The notes below the pieces were generated by a model that saw only the letters and a program-made list of their open reading frames with translations, did not search any database and was not told the DNA's origin. 64,000 nucleotides of DNA from an uncultured Alistipes sp. (GTDB lineage: Bacteria > Bacteroidota > Bacteroidia > Bacteroidales > Rikenellaceae): the NCBI GenBank assembly GCA_964532025.1, contig CAZHEY010000006.1:6856-70855 (forward strand). Reading direction: 5' to 3'. A program made the position numbers and the translations under genes. Position 1 is the first letter of the stretch. The number at the start of each line of letters is the position of its first letter. Of this stretch, positions 30,214 through 40,546 are shown piece after piece.

Positions 30214-31101
30214 ATGGATGATTTCCGCCTGAAGGTCTTCATCACCGCCGCCCGGACGTTGAGCTTTACGCGAACCGCCGAGCAGCTCTATATCTCGCAA
30301 CCAGCTGTCAGCAAGCATATCAGCGAGCTGGAATCCCGTTACAAACTCCAACTTTTCACCCGCCGCGGCAGTCGTCTGATGTTGACCCCCGCAGGCGAAG
30401 TGTTGCTTGTCGAGGCCGAGCGGCTTGCCGAGGACTACCGCAATCTGCAATACGAGATGAGCCTATGCAGCAGCCGCGTCGAGGGCGAACTGCGTCTTGG
30501 GGCGAGCACGACCATTGCCCAATACCTGCTGCCGCCGATTCTGGCACGATTCACGGCGCGATTCCCCGAAGTGCGGCTCTTGGTGCGTTCGGGAAACAGC
30601 GACCAGATCGAGCAAGCGTTGGAGGCACACGAGATCGACCTCGGCGTGGTGGAGAGCCTGTCGCGGCGGCAGGGATTGCACTACACGCTCTTCATGCCCG
30701 ACGAACTGGTCTTGGTGGTACGCACGGGCGGAAGTTGGGCGCGCACCGAGTCGCTGACTCCCGAAGCCCTGACCCGCGTTCCACTCGTCCTGCGCGAAAA
30801 CGGATCGGGAACGCTGGAGGTGATCGCCGCGGCGTTGGCTACACAAGGGATTCGCCTGCCGCAATTACAGGTTGTCATGCGCTTGGGATCGACCGAGGGG
30901 ATCAAGCGTTTCGTGCGAAACAGCGACGCCATGGCAATCGTCTCGGTGATCTCGGTGGTCGACGAATTGCGCAGCGGAACGCTGCGAATTGTCGATCTGG
31001 AGGGCGTTACCTTCGCCCGCGACTTTGCCTTCGTCCATGCCGAAGCCGAAACAGCGGCTTTGGCTCGGCAATTTATAGACTTCGCGATCGCCTCGCGATA
31101 A
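30214..31101 (+). CDS. LysR-family regulator (YeiE/CysL-like)
   Basis: HTH motif SFTRTAEQLYISQPAVSKHI; GASTTIAQY and RENGSGT; adjacent to yeiH. Confidence 0.9.
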   Translation: MDDFRLKVFITAARTLSFTRTAEQLYISQPAVSKHISELESRYKLQLFTRRGSRLMLTPAGEVLLVEAERLAEDYRNLQYEMSLCSSRVEGELRLGASTTIAQYLLPPILARFTARFPEVRLLVRSGNSDQIEQALEAHEIDLGVVESLSRRQGLHYTLFMPDELVLVVRTGGSWARTESLTPEALTRVPLVLRENGSGTLEVIAAALATQGIRLPQLQVVMRLGSTEGIKRFVRNSDAMAIVSVISVVDELRSGTLRIVDLEGVTFARDFAFVHAEAETAALARQFIDFAIASR

Positions 31102-31163
31102 CTTATGGTTATCGGATATAACCCATTCGATCTTTAAGATCAGCGCAATCCGTCGTATCTTTG
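31097..31163 (+). promoter_or_regulatory. LysR-type operator and promoter upstream of yeiH
   Basis: Palindrome GATAAC-ttatg-GTTATC (31097-31113) containing T-N11-A, a second ATAAC half-site, and TATCTTTG at 31156-31163. Confidence 0.65.
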
Positions 31164-31188
31164 CATCCGAACAAACAAAAGTTATCGT

Positions 31189-32115
31189 ATGCAATCGTCA
31201 CAACTTCTCAAAATCGGATATGCAGCCCTGTTTCTCGCCGCATTTTTTCTCTCACCCGCCGTATCGTTATTCGCCGGAATCGCCTTTGCGCTTCTGTGGG
31301 GAAACCCCTACTCCAAATTGAGCAAGCAACTCTCCAAAAAGATGTTGCAATGGTGCGTCGTAGGGCTGGGTTTTGGCATGAATTTTCACCAATCGCTGGC
31401 AGCAGGCCGCGAGGGAATCACCTTTACGATCGTCTCGGTTGCCACGGTGATGGTGACCGGTGTATTGATCGGTCAACTGATGCGCGTCGGCCGCAAGAGT
31501 GCCTACCTGATCTCCTCGGGCACGGCGATCTGCGGCGGAAGTGCCATTGCAGCCGTAGCACCCGTGATTGACGCCGACGAGAACGAGACCTCGTTGTCGC
31601 TGGCTACAGTATTCGTTCTCAACGCAATAGCACTTTTTCTCTTTCCGATCATCGGACACTGGCTCGCCATGTCGCAAGTTGAATTCGGCACATGGGCAGC
31701 CATTGCCATTCACGACACCTCGTCGGTAGTCGGCGCAGGCGCAGCCTACGGCGAAAAGGCGTTGCAGGTGGCGACAACCGTGAAGCTCACCCGCGCACTC
31801 TGGATCATTCCGCTGTCGATCGTCTCGATGTGGGTGTTTCGGCGCAAGGGCGTGACGATCCGAATCCCTTGGTTCATCGGTTGGTTCGTCGTCGCCATGC
31901 TCATCAACACCTACGTCGCACTCCCCGACCTGCTGACACGCAGCCTCTCGACCCTGTCGCACGCCGGACTTTCGGCAACACTCTTCCTGATCGGCGGCGG
32001 CCTGTCGCTCGAGGTAATTCGCAAGGTCGGGGCGCGCCCGCTGATCTTGGGCGTGATACTCTGGGTGTTGATCTCCGTGCTGTCGCTTACGGTAATTTTG
32101 GCAATGCGAGGTTAA
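31189..32115 (+). CDS. YeiH-family putative sulfate exporter membrane protein
   Basis: Polytopic hydrophobic protein; GTAICGGSAIAA, AIHDTSSVVGA and KLTRALW motifs. Confidence 0.88.
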   Translation: MQSSQLLKIGYAALFLAAFFLSPAVSLFAGIAFALLWGNPYSKLSKQLSKKMLQWCVVGLGFGMNFHQSLAAGREGITFTIVSVATVMVTGVLIGQLMRVGRKSAYLISSGTAICGGSAIAAVAPVIDADENETSLSLATVFVLNAIALFLFPIIGHWLAMSQVEFGTWAAIAIHDTSSVVGAGAAYGEKALQVATTVKLTRALWIIPLSIVSMWVFRRKGVTIRIPWFIGWFVVAMLINTYVALPDLLTRSLSTLSHAGLSATLFLIGGGLSLEVIRKVGARPLILGVILWVLISVLSLTVILAMRG

Positions 32116-32653
32116 GGTGCTCCGAATAACACATCACGCGTTCGCGTATAAAGTCCGCCAAAGTGCGGGCTTCGTCCGCTTCGAGTAGCGACGGATAGCT
32201 CATCAGCACCAACCGATAGGGCGCATGCACGCGCTGGTAAGAGGGGTGAATGTACTCCTGCGGATTCTGCATAAAACCCAGACGCTCATAGAAATGCAGG
32301 CGGCGGATCGAAATCTCGTCAACCGGAGGATCAATCTCCAGCACCACACGCCTATCGGCGCAGAATGCCGAGAGTGCCTTCGAGCCGATCTGGCCACCTC
32401 GTAGCTGGGGTGCGACGGCCAGATGTTCGATATAATAGCCAACCGGCGTCTGCCAATAGTAGATCAGCCCGGCAAACCGGTCGCCCGACCAGATGCCGTC
32501 GGCATGGAAATCGGGGTCGGAGAGCGCGCGCAGGTGGTCGGCTTCGGTGCGCAGCTCCATGGGTGGAAATGCGCTGTGGTATAAGTTCATGGCTTCGTTC
32601 CAACCCAGATCTTCGGGCGAGGAGAAGCGCGTAAAATGGAGCGATTGTGTCAT
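32087..32653 (-). CDS. GNAT-family N-acetyltransferase
   Basis: EHLAVAPQLRGGQIGS (motif A) and RRLHFYERLGF; 3' end overlaps yeiH. Confidence 0.8.
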   Translation of the reverse strand: MTQSLHFTRFSSPEDLGWNEAMNLYHSAFPPMELRTEADHLRALSDPDFHADGIWSGDRFAGLIYYWQTPVGYYIEHLAVAPQLRGGQIGSKALSAFCADRRVVLEIDPPVDEISIRRLHFYERLGFMQNPQEYIHPSYQRVHAPYRLVLMSYPSLLEADEARTLADFIRERVMCYSEHLNLALPKLP

Positions 32654-32711
32654 TCGTTCGTATTTTTCGGCAAGATAACGCAAAAATCGGAAGATGTCAA
32701 TTCCGACAGAC

Positions 32712-32747
32712 AAAAAAACGCCTTCAGATTTTTTCTGAAGGCGTTTT
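32712..32747 (-). terminator. Terminator ending the SusC/SusD operon
   Basis: AAAACGCCTTCAGA-tttt-TCTGAAGGCGTTTT with a T7 run on the minus strand. Confidence 0.8.
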
Positions 32748-32764
32748 GAGCAAATCGGAAGTCG

Positions 32765-33232
32765 CTACTCTTCGGTGTCGGTGCTATTCGCAATGTCGTC
32801 GGGCACGCTGCTACGCGTATAAACCGTGACATCGCCCCGATCGTTCGCCTTCGTCCAGACCATACGGTCTTTGGTCAGGTTGGTGATGATGTAACGCGAA
32901 CCCCAGTCCCCGTTGCCGTAATCATACGTTCCACGGATGATCGCACCGAACTCTTCGTGCATATCGATGGCATACGCACCGGTGACCTTGCGTTTGTCAA
33001 AGCTGTCGATATTCTGATACATCACAAAGGTCTGCTCCTTGCGGTCGAAGGTGATATAGACATAAGTCCCGTCGGCCGAAGGCTCGTTGTTCCACGACGT
33101 GCGCTCCCATGTACCGGCAATGTTGGCATTGTTCACATCGAGTTCCGGTTCAACGGCTTCTTTCTCGTCGGAGCAGGCAATCGCCATGACTGCGAACAGG
33201 GTTGCGAAAAGAATTCTGAAGATGTTTTTCAT
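32765..33232 (-). CDS. Lipocalin-like lipoprotein
   Basis: Lipobox AIAC, IAGTW motif, terminal VYTR strand. Confidence 0.75.
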   Translation of the reverse strand: MKNIFRILFATLFAVMAIACSDEKEAVEPELDVNNANIAGTWERTSWNNEPSADGTYVYITFDRKEQTFVMYQNIDSFDKRKVTGAYAIDMHEEFGAIIRGTYDYGNGDWGSRYIITNLTKDRMVWTKANDRGDVTVYTRSSVPDDIANSTDTEE

Positions 33233-33249
33233 ATTTCAATTTGTTATTT

Positions 33250-34071
33250 TCAATTTATACCGTCTAAATATAGTTTCAAAGTACGTGCTGAAGGGGCGGC
33301 ATCGACTCCCTGATACAGCAGCGGCAGGTTCTTGGGCGGTGTCGCGGGCAGCAGATCACCACGAAGCGTGATAACCAGATCGCCCATAGCACCGGCGAAG
33401 ACCGTGCGCGGGTCGGTGTGCAAGGTCACATAGGGCGGCGTGAGCAACGTATCGGCACACAACGTGACGGCTGTCGTGCCGGTGTTGGCGAACGCGATGC
33501 GCTGCACCTGTCGTTCACGGCTCGTTGCATCGAAATGCACCTCGATTTGCCGCAGACGCAAAGCCCCCTTGGGATAGGGATAATCCGCAAAGCGATTTGC
33601 GCCCTGCTCGACCACTCCGGAGAGCGTCAAAACCGCCGTCGGAGCAGAGGCCGAGAGTTGCGTGTAGACGAAAATCTGCCGGGAGAAGACTCCGGGATGC
33701 CCCTTCTGTCGATACTCCACGCTGATTTTCGCACGGTCGTTGGCGGCAATCGGCTGCCGGTCGTACTCGGCCGTCAGACAACTGCACGAGGTGGTGACGC
33801 GGGTAATGACCAACGGCGAATGCCCAACATTGACACATTCGAAGCGGACTTTCACGGGCGCAGCATCCTCATCGATCGTTCCAAGGTCGATGTTCGTCCG
33901 GCTAAACCGCAGCGACTGCGCACCGTCGGCCAATCTCGGATTGCCCACAGCCTCAAGTTGTTCCTGCGAAAGAATACGTAATTGAGCCGACGCGTGGCAG
34001 ATCCCGCAGCAGATTGCTGCGAGAACTGCGACGTATCGCATACCTCTTCTTGCGCTGTAACCCCTCTTCAT
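33250..34071 (-). CDS. DUF1573 (Ig-like) domain protein
   Basis: NVGHSPLVITRVTTSCSCLT motif; signal peptide. Confidence 0.75.
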   Translation of the reverse strand: MKRGYSARRGMRYVAVLAAICCGICHASAQLRILSQEQLEAVGNPRLADGAQSLRFSRTNIDLGTIDEDAAPVKVRFECVNVGHSPLVITRVTTSCSCLTAEYDRQPIAANDRAKISVEYRQKGHPGVFSRQIFVYTQLSASAPTAVLTLSGVVEQGANRFADYPYPKGALRLRQIEVHFDATSRERQVQRIAFANTGTTAVTLCADTLLTPPYVTLHTDPRTVFAGAMGDLVITLRGDLLPATPPKNLPLLYQGVDAAPSARTLKLYLDGIN

Positions 34072-34084
34072 CGCGACTTCTGAC

Positions 34085-36103
34085 CTATAACCAGCCGTTA
34101 TCGTTCGCCGTCTTGCGAACCGTGATCGTGAATTTCTGGGTCGTACCGCCACTGGTGGTGATCGTCGCCTGAGTCGTGCCGGTCTTGACACCCTTGACCG
34201 TCAGCTTATTGCCCGACATAGCTGCCGTGGCAACCGAACTGTCGGCCACCTGTACGGTGTAGGTCATCGACTCGCCGTTGACGAAGTACAAAGCCGGAAC
34301 GGCCGTAACCTGCGCATCGAGCTGCACATAAAGGTTCGGGAAGGACATCGGCGTACCGTTTCCTTCGACAGCCTTCAGCAGGCGCGCCGTGTTTACCTGA
34401 CCACCCATGCGGCCTTTGTAGTTAGCAAGTACCAACTGACGCGGCGCGGTGTCACCAAACTCACCTACGTAGGTGTAGTAGAACTTGGTTCCGGTCATGT
34501 AGGAATCGATCTCCGTGCAGGTCTGGTAGAGCAATTTCCTGAACTCGTCGGCCGTGTAATGGCGGCGCAGGCTATTGGCATAGGAGAGTCCGAGGGCAAT
34601 CGCTCCCGACACGTGCGGGCAGGCCATCGAAGTTCCCTCCATATAGCCGTATCCGGTCTCGCTGATGTGCAGCGGCATGGTCGAGAGGATCGAGCCGATC
34701 TTACCGCGGTTAGCACCCTCGCCGTAATCGTAATAGTAGTCCACATCACCGCCCGGGGCAGAAATGTTGGAATACTCGCCGTAGTTAGAGTAGACACCCG
34801 GCGTAAAGTCGGCTGCCGTGGCGTTCACCGAGATGCACTCGGAGTAAGCACCGGGGAATCCGGCCATCGGGGCATTCTCGTTACCGCTGGCAAAAACAGC
34901 CAAACCGCCTTCGATGACACCCGTCGGAGAACCGGCATTGTGGAGGAAATAGTCAACTGTAATCTTCTCCAAGGGGTTGTAGCTGACCCACTCATCCTCA
35001 TTGTGATAGCCTTGAGGACCGTAAAGATAGGAGTTTGCAGCACCCGAAACGACACCCCAGCTACACTGGAGGATGACAGCTCCGTTATCGGCCGCATATT
35101 TGATCGCCTTGATCTCAGCAAGCGTATTCGGAGCCAAGTTGCCCGAGAAAATCTGGCACGACATGATCTTCACACCACCCTTGTTGCCATTACCACCGGC
35201 AATCGAACTAATACCCATGCCGTTGTTGTTCTGGGCTGCGATGACACCTGCCACGTGCGTTCCATGCCCCGTATCACTCACATCTTCGTAGGTGATCACG
35301 CCCGTATTCTGCGCAAAGTTATATCCGTAGACGTCGCCGGCATATCCGTTTCCGTCGTTGTCCTTGTGCGAGTGGAATACCTCGTTGGGATTGATCCACA
35401 TGTTGTTTTTCAAGTCCGGATGCTCAAAGTCGACACCCTCGTCGAGCACGGCGACGATGATTGATTCGTCTCCGCTGCACAGCTTCCAAGCCTCTTCGCA
35501 GCCGGCATCAGCACCAACGAGCGACTTATCGGCAAACATATCGCCGCGGTTGACCATGTTCCACTGCACCGAAAGCAGCTCATCGTTGTATTGATAGGCT
35601 GCCGCACGTGTTGTCTTCATGCGGTTCATCTCCTCGCGAGTCAGGGGTTTTGCTTTGCCGTTGTATGCACGTTTGATCGTGCGGTTGACCGTAGCGTTAG
35701 AGACCTCACCCAAAGCCGAAAGTTGACGGGCAACCTCCGCAGCATCGTATTTCTCGTCGAAACGCACGACATACCAGAGGTGCATCTCATCCTTGCGGGT
35801 GCGCTCCTCGGTCTTTGCGTCGTAGGGGAAAATGCGCTCGATCTGGTAGGTATCGAAGGCAGCCAACACATCGTCGACACGCACCACACCCGAGCGAGTG
35901 ACAGCACTGCGCGTCATGGCGGCCTGCTCGAGAATCTCGCCGACAGCCGGTGAAAACTTCACCAGAATCTCGCCGCCGACAAACTCGGCCGTATCCTCGG
36001 TCGAAGGCTTTTCGGTCGAAGGCTTGGGTTGCTCCATATCCTTGGTACAGGCCACTGCGAACAGGGTTACGGCCAGCACACTGCATATATATTTCATCTT
36101 CAT
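34085..36103 (-). CDS. S8 subtilase lipoprotein with pro-domain and C-terminal Ig-like domain
   Basis: Lipobox AVAC; catalytic triad motifs VAVLDEG, HGTHVAG and GTSMACP. Confidence 0.92.
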   Translation of the reverse strand: MKMKYICSVLAVTLFAVACTKDMEQPKPSTEKPSTEDTAEFVGGEILVKFSPAVGEILEQAAMTRSAVTRSGVVRVDDVLAAFDTYQIERIFPYDAKTEERTRKDEMHLWYVVRFDEKYDAAEVARQLSALGEVSNATVNRTIKRAYNGKAKPLTREEMNRMKTTRAAAYQYNDELLSVQWNMVNRGDMFADKSLVGADAGCEEAWKLCSGDESIIVAVLDEGVDFEHPDLKNNMWINPNEVFHSHKDNDGNGYAGDVYGYNFAQNTGVITYEDVSDTGHGTHVAGVIAAQNNNGMGISSIAGGNGNKGGVKIMSCQIFSGNLAPNTLAEIKAIKYAADNGAVILQCSWGVVSGAANSYLYGPQGYHNEDEWVSYNPLEKITVDYFLHNAGSPTGVIEGGLAVFASGNENAPMAGFPGAYSECISVNATAADFTPGVYSNYGEYSNISAPGGDVDYYYDYGEGANRGKIGSILSTMPLHISETGYGYMEGTSMACPHVSGAIALGLSYANSLRRHYTADEFRKLLYQTCTEIDSYMTGTKFYYTYVGEFGDTAPRQLVLANYKGRMGGQVNTARLLKAVEGNGTPMSFPNLYVQLDAQVTAVPALYFVNGESMTYTVQVADSSVATAAMSGNKLTVKGVKTGTTQATITTSGGTTQKFTITVRKTANDNGWL

Positions 36104-36125
36104 TGTCGCTTAATGTTTTTGCGTT

Positions 36126-37751
36126 TTAGTCAATTTGCGTAGGCGGGGTTTTGTATCCCTCATAGAATTTGTAGTAGTAATCCAACGAGATCGGTTCGTT
36201 GTCGAAGATTGCGCCTCTACCGTCAGTTGTCTTTCCCTCCTGATTGAAGATCAAGTCAAAAGGGAACATCCGATTGAGAGCCGGGTGGTAAAGCAGCCAA
36301 TCCGGGATGTTTCCATAAAGACGATTGAGGTTGATCGTGAAGTTACGCATATTGGGCAACACCTTCGGCGTGCCGATCAACTCACGCGGCAGGGTATCGG
36401 CAGCGATGATGTCGGCCTCGGTGTATTTCTGGTAGTCATCCATCGACGGTAACTCGCCTTGCAAGTAGTTCACCGACAGAACCAGCGTATCGAGCTTCTC
36501 CCATTCGAGCAGACGCCGCGGGAAACCTTTTTCATCGGCAAAACCTCCGTATTTGGTGCGTACCGTATTGCTCAAGTCATAGATCGCATGGCGTTGGTTG
36601 GAGGCAAGCAACAGACGGTGGAGTTTCGGGAAATTCTCGGGGTTGATCTCCTCGGGAATTGTCTGGAAATTGTTTCCACCCAAATCGAGCGACTCCAGAT
36701 TTTTGAGGTTCGTGAAGTTGTCACCCAACGAAACCAAACCGTAAGCACCGATTTTCAAACGACGCAACTGCGTAAGCTTGGTGATGTAGTCGCCCGGCGT
36801 GAGGTTGAGCAAGAAGGTATTTGTGTTACCGTAAAAGGTCAACTCCTCGACCTCCGTGAGGTATTGTACCTCGTAGGGAAGACCCTCCTTCGTTCCGAAC
36901 AGTGTAAACGAAGCACTCCGCACACGGCCCTCTTTTTCGGGGGTATATCCGGCATCCTTCTTCGTCCATACCTCGACACCTTCCCAGTTCTCCAGCGCAT
37001 CCGACCCATCGGTCAGTTCGTACCAGCAGTTGAGCGAGCGTTGGATAGCCAGCAATGCCAAAGAGTCACCGGCACGGCCGATCTCGATCGCCTCGGCAGC
37101 CTCCTGCTTGACGTTGAGTTTGTCCTGCTTGACCAAGGTGACCTCCGATTTCGGCTCGAAGGTGATGTCGGCCAGACGGGGGTTGGGCTGCGAGTTGATA
37201 CGCCATTCGAAGTGCACGACACACTCACGCGGACGCATGCCGCGATTGAGTGTCAGATCGGGCTTCGTGTAGGTGAGCCAGCCGGCATCGTCAGGAACTT
37301 TGACATCGAAATCAACGTTCGACATCACCGAAACATCGAATCCGCGCTTGCCATAGTCGGCATAGTTAGCCACTTCGACTGCTTGATTCGACACGCTAAT
37401 GGAGTAGCCGTAGCCCTCCTGCGTGATGTTGATATCCTGGTTCTCCCACGTGGTTTGGTTCTGGATGCGGACACTACCCGTGCGCTCCGAGCCGATCAGG
37501 GTCGAGTCGATGAGGATCGAACATTCGGTCGATCCCTTGCCGTTGGCGGGTGAAACGGTGATCCAGGGGCGGTTCGCCGTAGCGATCCATTGATCCGGCG
37601 AGCTGACCTTTACGGTTTTCGTACCACCGTCGGCACCGATTTTCAAACTATTCTGATCGGTTGAGAAGCCGACAGTCGGATCACTTTTCGTACATCCGAG
37701 AAAGAGCGCGCCGGCCGAGATAATAAGGGTTATTGCTTGATATATTTTCAT
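36126..37751 (-). CDS. BACON-domain plus leucine-rich-repeat lipoprotein
   Basis: Lipobox FLGC; BACON-like WITVSP...RTGSVRI...ITQ; LRRs such as LESLDLGGNNFQTIP. Confidence 0.8.
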   Translation of the reverse strand: MKIYQAITLIISAGALFLGCTKSDPTVGFSTDQNSLKIGADGGTKTVKVSSPDQWIATANRPWITVSPANGKGSTECSILIDSTLIGSERTGSVRIQNQTTWENQDINITQEGYGYSISVSNQAVEVANYADYGKRGFDVSVMSNVDFDVKVPDDAGWLTYTKPDLTLNRGMRPRECVVHFEWRINSQPNPRLADITFEPKSEVTLVKQDKLNVKQEAAEAIEIGRAGDSLALLAIQRSLNCWYELTDGSDALENWEGVEVWTKKDAGYTPEKEGRVRSASFTLFGTKEGLPYEVQYLTEVEELTFYGNTNTFLLNLTPGDYITKLTQLRRLKIGAYGLVSLGDNFTNLKNLESLDLGGNNFQTIPEEINPENFPKLHRLLLASNQRHAIYDLSNTVRTKYGGFADEKGFPRRLLEWEKLDTLVLSVNYLQGELPSMDDYQKYTEADIIAADTLPRELIGTPKVLPNMRNFTINLNRLYGNIPDWLLYHPALNRMFPFDLIFNQEGKTTDGRGAIFDNEPISLDYYYKFYEGYKTPPTQID

Positions 37752-37764
37752 AGTCTATGCTGCT

Positions 37765-40440
37765 CTATTGAAACAAGTAATCACAATTCTTGATATTCTG
37801 CGTCTTATCGTAAATCAGGAAATAAGCGCCGGCCTTATAATAGTAGCAGATCTTTGAGGCATCGAATACGATGTTGGGGTTGTCGCTAATATCCAGATAG
37901 TAGATCAAGTGAGAGATCGTATCGTCCACCTTGCGCAGGTCGTTCGAGCCGATGTAGAAACCACGAAGGCCCTTGTGCTGATAAAGACCCGTAGGCCACT
38001 CCTGCAAGCAACGTTCGCCGTTCGCATCGCGCTGTCCGCGGATCGCAAAGACGGTGAGGTAGCTACTATTGAGCGGTTCGAAGGGGAACGAAGCAAAGCG
38101 GTTATACGAAATATCCAGTCCGTAGAGGTAAGGCAGGTTGACGGCCGTAAACTCGCCGTTCGGGAAGTCGGAGAGCCGGTTGTAGGTCAAGTCGAGCGAA
38201 GTGAGCTGGTAGACGTTCTTTCCAGTAAACGATCCCTTCGGGAACTCGGAGAGGTTGCAACCGCTGGCGTTGAGATAAGCGATTCTCGATTCGGAATCGG
38301 AGAGGCATTTGGGATATTTCGTCCACTCCTTGTTGCCGGCAATGGTCAAAGTCTCGATATTGATACCACGGAACGAGCCGTCGTCCTCGCCCTCGAATCC
38401 GTCCATGTGGTTATGGGAGAAGTCGACCGACTTGATCGAGTAGACCGATTTCGCATTGAAGATATTGGGGACTTTCGTAAATTCGTTGTAGGTAGCCGAG
38501 ATGGTCTCCAAGTCGTCGTAGCCGATGAAGTAACCATCGGCATCACAGGGCAGCTCGGTGAGTTTGTTGTGATCAAGGAAGAGTTGCACGAGTGCGACCC
38601 CCTTGCCCAGCGGATGAATGGTCTCCAATTCGTTGTAGGCCATATCGAGCAGACTCAGTTTCTTCATCTGCTTGAACGACTCGGGAAGCTCCTTGAGGCG
38701 GTTGTCGCGGAAGTAGAAAATCTGGATTTTCTCTTTCGATGCGCCATTGGCCAAAGCGTCTAATCCGGCATAAACCTCCTCGGACGACCATTGTGCGTTG
38801 TTGGCGAAGTTGACCAAAACCAAAGAGGGTAGTTTGGCCAGCACCAACGGGAATTTGGTCATTTTTGAGCAATTATATAACTCAAGGTCAGTGAGCGACT
38901 TCAGATTTGCCAACTCATCGGGCAGGCTCTCCAGCTCGCCGTTGGCCAGATAGAGGTATTCGAGTTTTTCCAGTTTACCGATTGCCGGGTCAATTGATTT
39001 GAGTCCGTTGCAGAGCTTGCCGTGGATCATATCGTAAGGTTGGATCGGTAATTGGCGACCGGTCTTTTTGTCGCGAATCTGATCCTCGGTATATTTCTCA
39101 TAGAGCGCGATCTCCGGAATTTTGATCTTCTTTTCCGCGAGGGCGCGCGCAATCGGCTCGGACATCTGCGTGATCGGCTGGATGATGCTCATATACTCTT
39201 TGGCACGCTCCAGACGCGTCCGGCTACCGCCGTTCATCGAGATTCCGAACTGCACCGTAGGATCGTAGTCGATCAGGTTCTTGTCGTTGTGTGTACCCAG
39301 ATAAAGCTCGATCAGCTCCGTGAGCTGTCCGACCGCTGCGGGCAGCACACCGCGGAATCCGAAGTCGCTGATGTCGATCGCTGCGACACGTCCGTTCGAG
39401 TGGAGTTTCACACCCGGCTGGTCGCCCCACAAGTCAGGGTCTTTGTTGAAGTCCCAGTTAGCACCGTGACCCCAGTTCTCACCGTTGTAGTACCAGCGTT
39501 GGCCGTCGAGCGATTTCCAGATCTCGTAGAGAGCATAGTAGTCGCGCAGGTATTGGTCGGCCTCATGCAGGGTCACCGGAACGTTGGCCTTGGTGGTCTT
39601 GTTGTCGAGGACGGTGAAGGTCGAACTCTTCGGAGAATCGTTTGTTTCGAGCAAAACTTTGTTTTCGTCGTAGGTCTTGTAGCCCACCAGACGGTAGGAG
39701 CCAGCCTTGATCGAGAGCAGCGAGTCGCAAGCCGACGAGGAGGTCTGGTAACCGAACGTATCCTCATCGTCGTCGAAATGGATGCTGAACTTCGAAGGCA
39801 GACGCTCAAAAGTTGTCCGCTCGTTGTTGGTGGTGTTACGCACGGTGACGTCGACGAAGGCAACCTCGTCGAAGGTATATTCGCGCGTGGCACTCGAACG
39901 GGTCGGCGTCTGGGTGAAATCCGCAATATCCTTGGTGATCGTGAACTGCACCTTGCCGCGTGGCTCAACGTTGACCGTCAGGTCGTGTACGGTCAAGCCT
40001 CCGGCGGTGATCCGAATCTGGTTGTCGGTGGTCGTTCCGTTATAAAGGATTTCGTCCAGAGCGTCGTACAACGTGAAGTTGACGATCTCATAGTCTCCGG
40101 TCAAAAGTTTGATCTTTCCGCTGCGAAGTCCATATTCGGCAGCTTCGCTACTCGTCGCCGAGAGCGTCAGGGTCTGCGAAATGGTCGATCCGTTGGAAAG
40201 CAACGTGATCTCCACCTTGCACGCATCGGCCAGATAGTCGAGTTGGGTGGTGGTTGCTCTCGATGTCGGGGTTTTATCTCCCTCGGCAGCCTCGTAAGAG
40301 GCCTGTTTGTAGAGCTTAAATTGGATGTATCCGTAGTCGTGGTCGCGGTTATCAATGCCCTCGTCCGACGAACAGCCGCCCAAAAGCGACGTCGCGAAGA
40401 GCATCAATAGTGCGAATACGGAAAATCTCGAAAGTTTCAT
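37765..40440 (-). CDS. Large leucine-rich-repeat lipoprotein (DUF4458-like N-terminus)
   Basis: Lipobox LGGC; many LxxLxLxxN repeats (LEYLYLANGELESLP, LTSLDLTYNRLSDFP). Confidence 0.82.
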   Translation of the reverse strand: MKLSRFSVFALLMLFATSLLGGCSSDEGIDNRDHDYGYIQFKLYKQASYEAAEGDKTPTSRATTTQLDYLADACKVEITLLSNGSTISQTLTLSATSSEAAEYGLRSGKIKLLTGDYEIVNFTLYDALDEILYNGTTTDNQIRITAGGLTVHDLTVNVEPRGKVQFTITKDIADFTQTPTRSSATREYTFDEVAFVDVTVRNTTNNERTTFERLPSKFSIHFDDDEDTFGYQTSSSACDSLLSIKAGSYRLVGYKTYDENKVLLETNDSPKSSTFTVLDNKTTKANVPVTLHEADQYLRDYYALYEIWKSLDGQRWYYNGENWGHGANWDFNKDPDLWGDQPGVKLHSNGRVAAIDISDFGFRGVLPAAVGQLTELIELYLGTHNDKNLIDYDPTVQFGISMNGGSRTRLERAKEYMSIIQPITQMSEPIARALAEKKIKIPEIALYEKYTEDQIRDKKTGRQLPIQPYDMIHGKLCNGLKSIDPAIGKLEKLEYLYLANGELESLPDELANLKSLTDLELYNCSKMTKFPLVLAKLPSLVLVNFANNAQWSSEEVYAGLDALANGASKEKIQIFYFRDNRLKELPESFKQMKKLSLLDMAYNELETIHPLGKGVALVQLFLDHNKLTELPCDADGYFIGYDDLETISATYNEFTKVPNIFNAKSVYSIKSVDFSHNHMDGFEGEDDGSFRGINIETLTIAGNKEWTKYPKCLSDSESRIAYLNASGCNLSEFPKGSFTGKNVYQLTSLDLTYNRLSDFPNGEFTAVNLPYLYGLDISYNRFASFPFEPLNSSYLTVFAIRGQRDANGERCLQEWPTGLYQHKGLRGFYIGSNDLRKVDDTISHLIYYLDISDNPNIVFDASKICYYYKAGAYFLIYDKTQNIKNCDYLFQ

Positions 40441-40491
40441 ACTGAACAATTCTATTTTTCTTTCAATTATTATAGTTCGTTTCTGTAAAGA

Positions 40492-40533
40492 ACCATCCGA
40501 TTCCCGTCCCGCATGGAGCGGGAATCGGATGGT
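40492..40533 (-). terminator. Intra-operon hairpin (partial terminator or mRNA stabiliser)
   Basis: ACCATCCGATTCCCG...CGGGAATCGGATGGT, a perfect 15-bp stem. Confidence 0.65.
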
Positions 40534-40546
40534 GTATCAGGCCGTC

